From contig KZ538355.1 in assembly GCA_000934665.2 (NCBI GenBank), positions 1 to 64,000 of the forward strand: DNA of 64,000 nt, given 5' to 3'. Under the pieces are notes generated by a model. That model did no database searches and had not been told where the DNA came from. It was given only the letters and a program-made list of their open reading frames with translations. Of the stretch, positions 47,001 through 61,383 are shown piece by piece. The position numbers were made by a program, and so were the translations under genes. Numbering within the stretch: position 1 is the first letter of the stretch; the number at the start of each line of letters is the position of its first letter. The stretch comes from Catajapyx aquilonaris (taxonomy: Eukaryota).

Positions 47001-50000
47001 ATTGAGCACTTGAAAATAAAGAAAATGTTTACTTTCCGAGTAAAAATTCTGGTAAAAGCCATGCAGTACAGTGCACCGTCACAACCCGGATAAACCGATT
47101 ATTTTCATGGGTGCTGTGAATACAAATCCCTTCATTTTGGATGGCAGTCATAAAAGGTTGGGTAAAACAACAATGCCCTCTTCTATATGACGATAGCTAC
47201 CCCCACATTCCCCTGCTCTCGTACCACACCCGCAACCGAATACAATTAAAGAGAATGATTGACAAAATTATTCACCATCCCGGTTGAGAATAATGAGTGG
47301 TAATCATTAAATAGCTTATTCGTTGTAATGTTATACCATGAATTGCTATGTATTTTGGTGTATATTTGGCACAAGCATGGACCATGCAGAGAGCGATTTC
47401 ATTACAGTAAATTCAAACTGTTTCAGGAGAAAGTGGGAACTTATATCACTGGCTTTCTATACTCTATGTATTAAGTAAGAGGATAGAAGAAAACGAAGGC
47501 AAAAGCTGACGCCGAGTATTTTAGGAAAGTATTTGGTAAGCATCCGTCACTGGAGGAAAAGCTAAAATAAGAGTTTGGAAGGCTGATCCATCACGCAAAC
47601 AAAAAGTGCAGTCTCAGATAAACGCTCTCGGAGAAGAAGAAGAAAAAAAAGTCTCGCCTTTCATCCCTTTTGGCTACGCTCGCATCGACCACTAGAGAGG
47701 CGGAAGTGAGTTCCTATCTGCCACATAATACGTCTTCACAAACTGAGCAAATATTGTGCAGTGTTGTCCAGCATTTTCTAAGCCCAGAATAAGAATGGCA
47801 CAATATGCATAAAATTGTTATGCACATCATCCGATATCAGACTTCGACACTTTCCACACACTACAGTTCAGTAGAAAGCATAATATGCTTTAAGTTGTCC
47901 GATACTCTAAGAGAAATTGGCATATTTTATTTATATTATTAATATTATTTAATATGAAAATGTGAAAATTAATTTCGATGTGAATTCTGCGTGTTCCACG
48001 ACAGGCATTCAGATGGGTGTTTACACAACCTAATATTAACAGCTATATTTTTGATAATATCTATGTAACTGTTTAGTGTAAGATCGCTATTATAGTCAAT
48101 GAAAACTGTCTAATAGCACAATTGTTTAAAAAAATTACATGTCTTTGTGAGCCTACAATCCAACCAGCATATTATACTGAAGGTGCCCACTATGGTAGAA
48201 AATCCAGCTAAATACCCCCTGAGTCAACATGATGCCTTAAAGAGACCCAGATCAATATCAATTTCGGGAGTAATTGCGTCGTTAAAGAGTTTTAATTTCC
48301 TAAATGATGAGTAAACTTTTGTCCTTTTTTCCAGAGCTCACACGTGTGATATCTCGTTACCCGCGTCCAGTGCACACATGTCCAGCCCTTTTCATGCCTC
48401 CGGATACTTGTGAGCTCGTTTTCATTGACCTGCAAGCTCCAAATCGCCCGCATCCAGCCTTGCTCTCCCAGCATTCTTTTTTTTTGTGGGTGGGAATAGA
48501 GGGCAGTGGAAAGGGTTTCAAAGCCACGGGTTGTTCCCTGGAGGACGAGTCAAGGCATGCAAAATTCACCCTCTGCCAGAATAGGTAATTTTACTGGTTA
48601 GGCATAGCAGAGACATCGTTGACTTGTGAGACCACAAACCACCAGGGGGGTCTTGGCATTGGGACTCCAGAAAGGACATTACACTTTAGAAGGGATTTGA
48701 ACTTCTAAAATGAACTCGTGAGCATATTAGAATAGGTCGGATATCTCAAAATCTGGTACTAAAAGTCCGGTGAATTTTATTGGGCCCTTGTTCACAATTT
48801 TAATGATTTTTAGGCACGGCATGTTCGAATAAGGAACAAGCGACTGGCAGAAAATGGTCCTAGAAAGACTCGACCATATTGATTTGTGAAAAATGGCCGT
48901 GACAGTTTAATAAGACAATAACGAACTGGGCACGAAACGGGACAGCAAGGAATGAGTTGGGGCATTCAATGTCCGATTCGCCTGTCACGTTTTTTTTAAT
49001 GTCCCCATGTCATTCACCCTCACTTCCAGGAACCCCCAGCAGCGCATGCAGAGGTCACCTTTCACTGTTTCTCCTCGTGCAACTTGCCCATTCGGGTCGT
49101 TGTACCGATTTGATGGTACAGGCATCGGATCGGCCTGGCACGTTCCATGTGTCCATTTTGTTTGCTTCCAATAATTCAAAGTGACATCTCACGGCCAAAG
49201 AGATATTCGCTTTGAAGCAAAAGTCTTTCAGTTCTGGGGAGATCCTGAGCCTACTCCAAGAAATATCTACAGTCCTTTAAACGAGAGAATGGTCTGACCT
49301 CACATTCAGCCCACCTCCACCCGGCTCTTCCCTTCTATCACGTCCCCGAATCACTCCGCTGCGCATGCTCAGAAAACACGGCTACTGTGACGTCAGACCA
49401 TTCTCTCGCTTAGAGGACTGTACGCACCTACACCTCTGGTCTGACGCAAGCGAGACCGACTCATTTTGTCAGGATTCAAGTGCGACAGACCAGGGTCAGC
49501 TATTACTGCAAGTCAGAGGCTTTGTTAAATATCGGGAGAATGAATACCCTCGTTTAATTAAGGGCATCGCGCGGGAGGCAGCCTGGCGAAACCTCACATA
49601 TGGACCGGCAGAATAGCCTTTGCGTCGCTGGACGCCAAATTCGCGGCAGTAATGGATTTAAAGCGGCAGTCCCTACAGTGTCTGAGTGTAAGCCGTGAGC
49701 TTCTGGCGCTCTCAAAGAATGCAGTGTTTCAGGCATTTTTATTACTCGTTTTGTTCGACAACAATTCCTATGTTTTCATGACGGGTGGATTCCATTTGGT
49801 CGTTTTCTGGGGTGAAGCAAAACGCGGTTCATACATTGTGAGATGTAGAAATCGTTCTGCAGCCACGAGCTGTGTGGGATAAACTATGCAGGAGCAACCC
49901 AAGTCGCGTAATTAGATGTCATGCAAAGGGCTTAATAATCCGATTGAATGCCACTGTTGGCCCGTCCAGTGCTTGCTAGACACTCTGGAGTGCCATGCAA

Positions 50001-50284
50001 GGTACCGGTATAACTATCACGGAATGTGGGTTCTAGTGTTCACCTGTTCTCCGTTTTCAAAATTGTATAGAGTCGTCGCATTTTGCACAGGTTGAAGCTT
50101 TAAAAGATATTAAACCAACGTTATTCCAAACATATAGGTGTGCTGAAGTATTGCTATATATTTTTTGCTGAATGTGGTTTCAAATCGTAGTTATCTCTTT
50201 TATATATTTTTCTATTTCATATGCTCTTTACAATTCCACAGTCTTTATTCATAACCTCAATGATGATGGTTATTAGACAGCGGA

Positions 50285-50352
50285 AAACCCATCAAACCTC
50301 GTTCCATGGGAGTAAATCCTCCGCCCGACCTGGGGATCGAACCTGGGACCAT
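50285..50352 (-). mobile_element. Degraded fragment of the same SINE family as 52851-53187
   Basis: AACCCATC...ATCCTCCGCCCGACCTGGGGATCGAACCTGGGACC matches about 53073-53136; B box present. Confidence 0.6.
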
Positions 50353-50867
50353 CACAAAGGTGGCATGGCAAGACCGAAATGAATATAGGCCTACCGATCA
50401 ATAGAAAAATACATTCGAAAAAATATTTAGTTCATATATGTTGTGCATATAAATAGTAATTATCTGGATTACTGGATAGTTGCGTGTATAATAACAACGC
50501 TATTTTTCCACTGATGTGCGGTAAATTAAATTATTTTACCAAAAGGAATACACAATCATGAAATAACAGCTCTCATCAAAATAAGATACAATTAAACTAC
50601 GAATAATTTCATTGGAAATATATCATTTAATTCATTTTGACGCAACAATTCTAAATAAATTATGAACCCATTCCATTGATTTGTACATGGAAACGAATCA
50701 AAGCGGCGTAATTCTGAAACAAAATATCAGCTCAAACAGTACTAGTTAGCTCGGAACACACAGAAAAGTGGGCTTGTCCACATTCGTTACGCTTTCATTT
50801 GGCACAGTATCTACCGCTCTCGGATTCAAGTAACAAGAAAAGCTGGCAGAATAACTCGCCTATAGTG

Positions 50868-51784
50868 CAGGCCTGGATTTAGGGCGGTGCGACAGGTTCC
50901 CCCGCACAGGGCACCAAGCCGAGGGGGGCGCCCCAAGGCGCCGGGCCGAGGAAAAAAAACTTATCCCGAGTCAATCACAACTTGCAAAAGTGTCGCCCAG
51001 CCCCCTGGTTCTTCCAGCCCAGCCCTGTACCGAGGGGAGGGGAAAAATCGTGAAATTCTGGAAGAGGTCTAAAATTCTTAAATTAGCGGAACTGGTCAAA
51101 ACCCAATAATAGCCTACTATCAAATGAAAGATAATCACGAGGAGAATGCATCTATGGAGTTAGTTGCATTCATTTCGTCTTATTTCTTTTGATAAAATAT
51201 GTTCATTGCGTTTTGTCCACTTTCACTACGGCATTTTTTTTTAATCGGAAAAATGTCTCAGTTTCAGCCTTTTTCAAAACTTCGCGATTTTCCCCTCCCC
51301 TGGAATCGTGCAACATGGATGAAACTTGGTATGCAGCGTTATGGCACAGGCGTTTATAGCTGTAATTTTTTCCCGAGCAAAATCCGAGATGGTCTAGCAA
51401 CATTTCAGCCCACTTGATTCTGAATGACCCCAATATCTTGACGACTTAGGTTTTCTTGACTGCCCCACTGAGGTCAATTATTACAAAGTTCAGACAGAGT
51501 GAAATCTAAAGTGACGGCTAAAGCAATGAATTCTCATGAATTCGTTTTTGTCTGATTTTAAAAATCTAGCAAAAAAAGAAAAATACCTAAAAGAATTCTT
51601 ACAAAAATCAATTGTGTTTTAGTGGGGGGGAGCGCCAAATTTTTATCCCAAGTTCAGTGTTATGAATGTTTTTAATTTTTCAAAAAAGCAACTGTACCAA
51701 ACGGACTCAATGTCAAAGTTCGGTGNNNNNNNNNNNNGGGGGGGGGGGGCAAATTTTTGCTTCGCACACATAAGTCCGCCCCTG
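50868..51784. mobile_element. Possible hAT-like non-autonomous element spanning an assembly gap
   Basis: Imperfect TIRs CAGGCCTGGATTTA / TAAGTCCGCCCCTG; GGGGGCGCC subterminal motifs; TSD unclear. Confidence 0.35.
51726..51737. other. Assembly gap (12 N) next to a poly-G run
   Basis: Read directly. Confidence 1.
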
Positions 51785-52850
51785 CCTAGTGTCAACTGAA
51801 ACGCCTGAAACAGAAATCCCATGGTTTCGTAAGAAGAGCCCATAGAGAACGGGGAGCTTTTGCACTGCAGAAACGCGTTGTCTGACGTTCGGACTTTCTC
51901 CATCAGACACGCAGATCCACTCGGAAAAGACAGTTGTAATCCCATCCCCGTTCCGATGCAGCATTGCGTTTTAGGACCTCCTGTGTCCCAAAGGACGATC
52001 GATACAAAGCTCTGGACATGCATCAAAACAAGTGCCATAGACGTTGACAGGAATCCCTGAATGCCATTCGGTCCGGTAGCTCGGCCTTTTTCCAGGGACG
52101 TCATTTTGATCGGCAACACATCTCCAAACTGCTGTCGAGTTCTCCAGATTTTTCCAAACACTCCCACCTCCACCCGGGGTATGCCTCATGTGAAATACCA
52201 CTCATGCAGAGGACAATTCTCGACATTGACTCTCGTGCAAAGTTATTCTATTTTATTTGCAGAACACGTGATCAAATTAGCAGGAAATGATATCAAACTA
52301 TCTTTAGATATACCAATGTATGCCTTGCCTGATGGAAAGTTGAAATGTTACGCTGTCCTTGTAACTTTAACAGTTTGTCCTAGTAATAATTGAAGGAGGG
52401 GATCTAAGGTATAACCAGTGCAGGTATTTATAGACTGGGAGGTACGACGAGAGGGGGTATAGATTTGTCACGAAGTTTCTGTGCAAACATTACAGAGCAG
52501 AAAATTTTCCCCGCGCTTGCAAAAAGGCCAAGTGATCGACACGAAGGCCTTGAGCCAACTACAGCTCATAATGTGTAACCTTGCTCATCATTTTACGATT
52601 TTAGGCCCCTAGTCTGTCACCCTTGGCCAGCTGCTTAACCACTTGGGTAACCGGTTGTTTACTTATATTATTATACTGTATGATACGTTATTGCCTTGGA
52701 AAGAAAAGCAGTGGGTAAAGGGTGACCAAACAAGAATAAGGCTGAGTGCCCCTTCTGATGACTTTTTCACCTTTTCCATGCAGCTTATATGAAAAAGGTG
52801 AAACAAATAACTTACAAGGCTTTCCTATTATATCTCATAGTGTTACTATA

Positions 52851-52867
52851 ATATTATTATTATTATT

Positions 52868-52925
<58 letters not shown>

Positions 52926-53187
52926 TAATGGATACCCCGTGATAGGCCCCTTGGGCCCCTTAGGGGATCATCTTTTGAATACCCGACTTTAATCATTTGC
53001 CTGTAATGTGATGGATTTTGATAGTGGGAGGAAACGGGAGAACCCCGAGAAAACCCACGCGAACACGGAGAGAACCCATCGAAACTCTATCCACATAAGT
53101 ATCCTCCGTCCGACACGGGGATCGAACTCGGGACCTTATAGAGGTGGAAGGCTGCGGCGCTAACCACTCGGCCACCGTGTCGCCCTT
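52851..53187 (-). mobile_element. tRNA-derived SINE with a V-domain-like core and (TTA)n tail
   Basis: A box TGGCCGAGTGG, B box GAGTTCGATCC; core GCGTGGGTTTTCTCGGGGTTCTCCCGTTTCCTCCCAC; 16-bp TSD TCATAGTGTTACTATA at 52835-52850 and 53188-53203. Confidence 0.88.
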
Positions 53188-56100
53188 TCATAGTGTTACT
53201 ATATTTGATTAAACAATAATCATTATTAGGCATAGTTGTACTGCATTTTCTTTCTAAAATCCTGCTAGTGTCACACATTTTCGTCATTGTCGTCTACATC
53301 GTTTTTGACATTTCTCATTCCTGAATGTTTTGGTTCCAACAAGTTCTCTGGCGGGAAATTGACCAGACGTTCTGACTAACCCTGTACAGAATTGAGCCTT
53401 ACAGGTTTTTAACATAAAATTAGGGTATCGGACTCCGGGTCGCTCTTTCAGAAGTGGTATGACTGTGTTCTAAACCACTACACTACCGATCGAGGAGCCC
53501 AACTATTCTCAGGTGTGGTCAAATATAGCAAGTTGGTGATATAATGGAAATAGTTGAGCACCTCGATCGGAGCGCAAAAAGCTACACAAAAATTTCAGCG
53601 TAATTTCCAACAACTGCAGAACCTGAACTTGGAACACATTGCATATTCTCCTGAAAATAAGCTAGCATAACAAGCAATTTATGAAGTTATTTGCACACTA
53701 ATTACGAACCAAAACTATTTTTAATGCCGTGAATAGCCATACATTTTGAATGAATACCGGCGTAGTAAAATCGCCCTACTTCTCAACATTTGCTGCCTAA
53801 ATAATATAATAGCCCTTTATGAATGCAAAATTGAATCTAAAACAATGTGTGTTCAAAGGGAGGCGGCAGCATAAAAGGCTGGCTATACGATAGGCCTACT
53901 ACGAGTGCAGACCTCCACGACCGCGTGCTCATGTCAACTTCCGCTCCCCATCCATGGAGCTTGTGTTCCTGATGCTCGTGTTCCTGTACCGGAGCAAGTT
54001 TCAGATGAAACCAGGCGTAGATCAACTGAGAGGTTGGCTCCCAGTTCGTCTAACAAGGTTTCTTTCTTGGTCTTGCCAAGTTTCAAGGTCCTCGTTCCGG
54101 AACCGGATGGCTAATTTTACGAGTTTTCCTCAACTCTAATAAACACATAGAACATACGAGAGATTAATGAACCTATATCCTATAGATTCTGGCGCCGCTC
54201 GTCCCAAGTTGTTGTATCCAAACAGATCCTGGACACGATGGAAGGATGGGAAAGTGCCAATATCAGGCTGCATTTTGCGTAGCTCGGACTTACCCACTTC
54301 TTTTAGTGTGGTACACATTTTCAGATGTAGTTTGCCCCAATATTGTTAGTTTCCACGAAATCACCCGATAAACTAAACTGTCTTCACTGGTTTCATTGAA
54401 TGCAGGTCTTATCGCGTGCCTTTATCAGCTTTCACCCGTAAACGGGGGTCTCCGTAAGGCTAGGCTAGGAGTGTCAGGGGGCTGGTCTACCATATAATTA
54501 TATACTCTGATACCGTTCGCGGAATCCATTTTGCATCCAGAAATCCAAGTCTATTCTGGTGTCGACTCCGCCAATTTCCTCCATATATTGTCCAAAGTCT
54601 CACCGCCTCCAATTTCGAGGTAACAAGAGGAGGCGACATTATTGCATGAAGCAAGTGCTCGTAATACAGGCACGTTGCTCTCTTTTCATCCGGCGCAAAG
54701 TTATGCCTGACTACACCTCATCAGCGCAGACAGGCAAACAACTTGGTTCCTATTACAGACGTCAGCGCTGACATCCTTCCCCACTACGACATAATAAAAC
54801 CGCCGGCCTAGAAATCTCTCAAAACAAGGAAGAGTGAGAAAAGACGGGATTAAAAGTGGGGAGAAGGGGGAAGGCGGGGAAGTAGTAAAAAAAATCATTA
54901 TTCTTCTACCTCACCGCTGAAGTGGAAAGTACAAGAGTGAGATGACAATCACATGTCTAATATTTCTTAGGTTTTCAAGTCCCATTCCCTGCCTGAGGGC
55001 TGAACTTCGATTATCCGTTTGCTGTCATTCCAGACGGTTATTGAGGTCTGATAACTTGCCAGGATAGTCAGGGAAGGAAATGAGGTTTTTTTTTCCCCTC
55101 CAGTTTTTCGGCTTGGTGTATACTGCATAATCCTCCGTCACGTACGGAGTATATATCATCAATGTATCAGCTACTATGAAGTCTCCTGGTACTATTTCGA
55201 TGACGGTGATCGATGTTGCAAGGTATCGACACAGCATACTCATACTTCAAATTTAAAATAACCATCTGCAATTCCACGGTTCTTGCATGTACATGCACTC
55301 AAAAAAACGAGTCCTTCGTTAAAAAATGAAACACCTTGAGGAGTCTTCTCGTATATTCAGGTCTCGTCCGCAAGGGCCATTTTTACGCGGCTGTTCCCAG
55401 CTTCATCGTGGTAGCCAGATGAGATCCGGCGGAGCAAAATGTTCCGTTTCATTTGCAGGAGTTCCCCTAGATCCTCCTTAACTTATACACAGTAGGCTAG
55501 CCAAATATTAGGAGAGGATGCACACAGGGTTTGAAATGACCCACAGGATCGATTCTGAACCCTCGTGGTAAATGGACTGTGTGCACGGCACAATCAATTT
55601 GAAAGCAAGATGATTTAACTCGTCACATGGAAGAGTGACAACAGGAAACGTTCACTCGGGATGATAGGACAAAAAAAATAACCCAGGGATGCTCAACTCT
55701 CGTTGATGCTACCCTTCTCAAACCCTCAACCTCCCTATCCCCCAGACCATTTCTAATTAATGCACTGACAATGATTAATTCCGTGGAATTAAGATGCTTT
55801 GCGGCTGCTCCACAGAGGCCCAGTGAGATGCCTGAATCGAGAGTTATTTCCACACCGGCGCAGCCCGCAAATGCTTCGGCCGACCTAACCATCCATACCT
55901 TCATTTATAACTCCTCTCGATAGGAGAATCTCTTTACCAAGCATTAATTTCCCTTCCGCACAACGAGGATGCATTGGGGATAGGACTACACAAAATGGGA
56001 TGATCAGTTGCAAATGGCGGGGTCATGGAGTGCACACTACAAGGTTATGAAGGCTTGAACTCCATATTGGGTCAACCACGTGCCGTTGCAGTCAATAACT

Positions 56101-58290
56101 CATTATATAAATAGGATATGAATTCCAACAGTAGTGTGACTTTAATATTCTGTTCTGTCATAAAAGCACATTCGGTCCGGTGGTGACGATGCAAGCACGC
56201 AAATGAGGCTAGCAGTTTAAATCTTACAGAACGTATTAATAATGCTTGTCATTATTCCAGGAGTTCCTGAGAAAGTTCTGTAACTTACTGGGATTCCCGG
56301 CAAATGACTAACTTGAGGGAGTTTCTATACTTTTTTTCTTCAAAAACCTGTTAGAGTCTCGGTTTTAGTTGGAAGTTATTCCAGTTTCATTACACGGCCC
56401 GGACGGTAATAAGTTTTCTAAAGAAGTCGGCACTGTATACTCTGCAGTTGACTGATGGGAAGAACATGCAGGCGTAGAAATGTGCCTAATACCAGTAATA
56501 ACACACATTAGGTTTGTGCTAAAGTTAGCAGTTCTATGTTAATTGACAGACCATTTACAAAATAGCTTGTATAGATTCAACAGATTTAAAGAATTATGGA
56601 TTAATTATCACCCTAGCTGTTCGCATTCTTTTCGTTTCTCTTATAGTTTAGAGCACTCACTATCCGCAAGTAAGGCTGGTAATTATATTGCATAATTTAT
56701 TGTCCACTCGACTTATATTTATTAAACGTTTTCTGATCACCAGCTGATGTTATGATATAGCTTTATTATAAAATTTTTTTAATTCACTTTAATTAACTTA
56801 TAAGGCAGTAGCTGCATTTTTCTTACTACACCGATTAACTTTCAACAGTGTGCATGCAGGCCATTTTACTTTTGAGCACCAGAGTCCCCTGCCCCCCCCC
56901 CTCACACTAAATTAGAAAACCCAACTTTACTATTTTTCTAACAAAAGCAAGGCATTTAACTAAGTTTACTACAACAATAGTACAATGTGCACTACTAGCA
57001 TACCAGAGAAAAACACAAAGGCTGCCCAAATCTGAATGACTGCTCTCTCCCACCTGCCAGAATGGATCTGCAGCGAACTGGAGGAGTAAAACCACATGAA
57101 AAAGCACAATTTTTGCTGTGAAATATAAAACTCCCTCACGCTTTGACATAGAAGGATTACAACACATAATGTGCCTGTAGTCAGTACCTCCCGCATAATA
57201 GTGCTGGGCACTGGGCAGGTTGGGCGATTCCTTGACCTATTACAACACCTAAATACTCTAGATTGATTTGCAGAAGTCATTACGTCGTGTGGCGGCTATT
57301 AAATTTTGTCCACATGATAATTTAATCTTAGGAAACATCCTATGGATCCTTGCTAAGGTCTTCCTTTCAGTTTACAGTACTACACCATGGTGGTGGTGGA
57401 GGGGTGTTTCTTCGGCGTATCCGAGAGTTATGTTTGTGGTAGTTTTGTCTACTGGCAGGGTCGCCCAAGCCAGTTAAAGCAATAATAGTTTGTCACCATA
57501 ACTAACATCCGCCTCCCGCCGTTATGACACCTCCCAGTCAAGCATGATGTAGAGCATCTTGGTCTTCTGTAATAAATCGATGAATCATCCTACCTGATCA
57601 TTATACTAGATTTATCGACCACCTTGTATAAAATATGAGGTATAGATCATACGTAGTTTTAAAAATAGGATTTATCAGAATTTAAAATGATAGTCTACTC
57701 ATCATCTTGCAGCCAACATTTTCACGTCACCGTATAGGTTGCTTCGAGTCCAAGTGACATAATTTAGCATGGCAAAAAAAACGGATGATAACTATCAGTG
57801 TATGAGTTATTTCGTGCACTTGTTTTGCACAATTTTGCCACCAGGCATTCGTGCTTCTCCTTCCACAAACCTTCTGTAACCCTCACAATCATCTATATGT
57901 TAAGACAGAACTACACTTGTTGCTCAAGAGGTAACGATATATCTTCCACCACTATACTTGTAAATTAATGCCAATGCTGTGCAGATTTGCACGTGTATAA
58001 CCCACGCTTAAAAGCATGTTCGAAAGCCTGCGGGTAACCTCAGAAAATGGCGGCCACGTAGCTCTTGCAGCCACACGGCAGTCATAAATTAACACCCAAC
58101 CCTGAAATGATGTCCCAGAATATTTAACCCCTTATCAAAGTGAACGTGCCGACCACTGGAAGCAGCTTAAGTCGTTAGAGCCATCAAATGTTGCACCTCT
58201 GGCTTACCTGGCCTAATTGAGCTGACTCACGCTAACCAAAAGGGAGGAGCTACCAGGTAAAAGGATGCTCCAACAACAGATCTCCCAAAA

Positions 58291-58811
58291 AAACAAGATG
58301 GGCATATCACGCGAGCGTGATTCGATGAGACTTTTTCTCATTCTTTAAAGTACGAGCATGTGAATCGATATATCGATACCAAGATATCGTAGCCTAGGCC
58401 GCTCAGCGTATCGATTCCCGTATCGGCCTGGATGATAACATCATATTCATGGCGGCCGAGGATGCGCATCACAAACATGTCCAACGTCAGTAATTAATTC
58501 CGCAGCCCCTGTGCCACAGCGCCAGGTAAAACCCAGGGCTAATCCCCAACACACATGGTCAGAAATCCACGGAAACTATTTCGAAATCCAACGATAAAGT
58601 ATAGACTTGTGCGGACAGTGAACCCGGAAAACCGGAAGTGGCGGGTCACCGGAAGTTGGCCATGAAGCATATTTAGGTCACGCTTAATCAGAATATGAAA
58701 ACCATTTGTCGCTACCTCTTGCGGTTTAGGCCCTGATCCCTGTCCACAGACGGACGGACGGGCAGAGCCGTTCTATAAGACTTTTTTTTTCGATGAGAAA
58801 AAGTCTGATAA
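58291..58811. mobile_element. DINE-1/HINE-like (Helentron-associated) element
   Basis: AACAAG start, CAGACGGACGGACGG microsatellite, terminal hairpin AGACTTTTT...AAAAAGTCT then AA; left boundary inferred. Confidence 0.45.
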
Positions 58812-60406
58812 CGGAAAAAGTTAGTTCATAAACTCCCGCATGGAGGTGCTTGTGTAGAAAATGAATGAAAGCCACTCCCATCTTGTGGATCTTCAGAATC
58901 CTATAAGTGTCGAAATGAAGCGGTTTGCTCGGGCGAGCGCGAAAAGCCGTCGTTTTGCATGTCGGTGAGCCACATGATTGGGATTGCGAGGCAGTTACAC
59001 AAACGGTCTGATTATGAGCTGGCTGAAATAATGTTCGGTCTCATCCCTATTATAATGCATTGTATTACGTTCGATACAAAACGAAAGGTCGAAACTGCAA
59101 TGCGGGTGGGTCAGCAAAGCCACAGCAACAGGGTATTAACTAGGCTAGGAAGAATAGTAAATATCGACGCTGGTTGGATCGGTAGCACACACCAATTAGC
59201 ATGTTTTCATACGCACGAGGATTAAGGGACGTTTCCCAGATTTGGGCAACGAGGCTCTTATTTTGTTCTTTTGCGAGAGCGATACTCGTTAAAAAAAAAA
59301 AAAAAACTGTTTTGACAAATGGAGTCGTGCTGTAATATCAGTGCTACCGCACTTGATGCCAGGCTTCGGACTTTCATTTCCGGAATTTTTATTTGGCGGC
59401 TTTGTGTTCCGGTGAATGTACACAAGTGGTGGCGAACCCAATCGAGCAGAACACCCGAGCAACTCACAACATGGTAAGTAGGCCTACACTCTGTTTGCAG
59501 TACTTTGAATCCAACGTTTGCCCTTTGCTCTCTTCAGCATGGACACCAGCTTCATGTCACTTGCTATATGAAATAGATATCATGCTACAAAATAAGTGCA
59601 AGTGAATTTCATGTAGTTACAGTAGACTTTATGCAGATTCACAGAGTGGGGTGTATGTAGACTATACATGTATGAGGGGTATCAGATCAAAGGCGGCTAA
59701 GCCCAAAAAAAGGTCATAAAATGAGCAAAAACTGCTGATTATTACTTAACTGTCACTGGTACAATCTTGAAACTTTTTGCGTCCATATGTTGCCACGGCT
59801 CAGGTACATACGCAAATGTGCAATTAATACCCAATGAGATTAAAATACATTATTGCTGGACGTAGGCCTATTTTGTGTTGCACCCCCCAAAATGGACTCC
59901 GCTTTTGATGTAAGACCCCTCATATGAGCCCATACTATTAAGAAATTTTTGTAACTGATTAGTATATGTGAATCAGCCTTAATGATACTGATCATCATCT
60001 GTGTCGAAACACTGTATACATAGTCCAGCGTCATCAGCATGCAGAGTGCAGTAAGGAAAAGATGCATAATCTCATTGCACGGAAGTCCTCATGACGTCAG
60101 TACAGGACTGTACATTACATCTGCATGTCACGCCACTGAGTAGTATAATGCAAATAATTTATGTGGTTTCCGTTTCTGTCAGTATGCCACAGTATCCGAT
60201 ATTCCTGATGATAGCAACGGAATGGAAATGAGGTTGTAGATACTACAGGAATGTAATGTATGGAGTCACTTTTGAAGGAGATAGGCTATAGCGCTCGTAG
60301 CTCACAGACACTGCCTCGCAATGGGCATGATTGTGTCGCTGTAGAAGGATTTTAGCACTTTTCGTTCGGTCCGGCATGTACAACCCACACTGCATGCCGC
60401 CGCACA

Positions 60407-61383
60407 TGATGGTGCGCCAGGCGGAAGTGATTCCCACAATCCCACTTCCACCAAGTGCGCAGTGCGCACCAATCAAGGTACGCTTAGTTTGATTTTTGAT
60501 TTTTGATTTGTATAATAAATATTAATTCCGTCCTCTCAACCTATTGGAGAAGAAACGAAATCGGGATTGAGTAACCATAGAATGGTTGGTTGGTTGGTTG
60601 GTTTGGTTGGTAGGAAGGGTTACCCAGCTTGTATGGCTCTGTCTGAGTCGAGCCTTGGCAGCCGGGGGTAGGAGAGGAAGGTGTGGGATTGCAAGGTAGG
60701 GGTGGGTGAGAAGGGTGGGGGAGAGGAGGGCTGGACCCGGCTGTACTGCAATGCCGGGTCCAACCCAGGGACGGGGGTGGGATATTCTCCCAAGCACCCC
60801 GTCCGACCAAGAAATGCGAGTCGGGTCCGAGGACCGCTCGAGGAAGAGAGTACCGTCGCGTCGCTGGCGAACCAGCCGGGACCTCAATTAAATATTCATT
60901 GCAGTAATTGCGACTCCAAGAGAGGGCGCATGCTCTGATTTGAGTAACCATAGAAGGTTGGGAGCCTCTAGAGATAGACAAGCCAAGACTCACCCATCTG
61001 CGGCACTGTTTGCTAAGTTGCTTGAATAAAACCAAATCTCCTCTTTGCTCCTGGCCGAATTTATGTCGCGAAAATGTCGCGGATTTATGTTCGCACCTTG
61101 TCTTATGAGTTATTTGGCTCCGATTCATGCCCCATATTAACGGTGGTTTTGGCTCATGGATACTTCAGAGCTCTCATCACGGTATATTGTGACAATTTGG
61201 TTTTATTCGAGCAACAGGGCAACCCGGGGCAACCTGGCGGGTCTGGGACTGGAAGCTCTCACCTGGGTTTACTAATCATATGTTATTTGCTTTCAAAACA
61301 AAAATTAATATTTATTATACAGTATATACCCCAAAAATAAAACTAACCGTGCCTTGATTGGTGCACACTCGCGCACCATCATG
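60407..61383. mobile_element. Inverted-repeat-bounded element with internal direct repeats
   Basis: GTGCGCACCAATCAAGGTACGCTTAGTTT (about 60462) vs AAACTAACCGTGCCTTGATTGGTGCACAC (about 61340); TTGAGTAACCATAGAA repeated at about 60567 and 60940. Confidence 0.55.

Noticed and set aside
56112..56121. Possible U12 donor ATATCCTA for the AT-AC intron
   Set aside because: Imperfect consensus, and the preceding sequence does not encode the expected ...NP pre-IS1 peptide.
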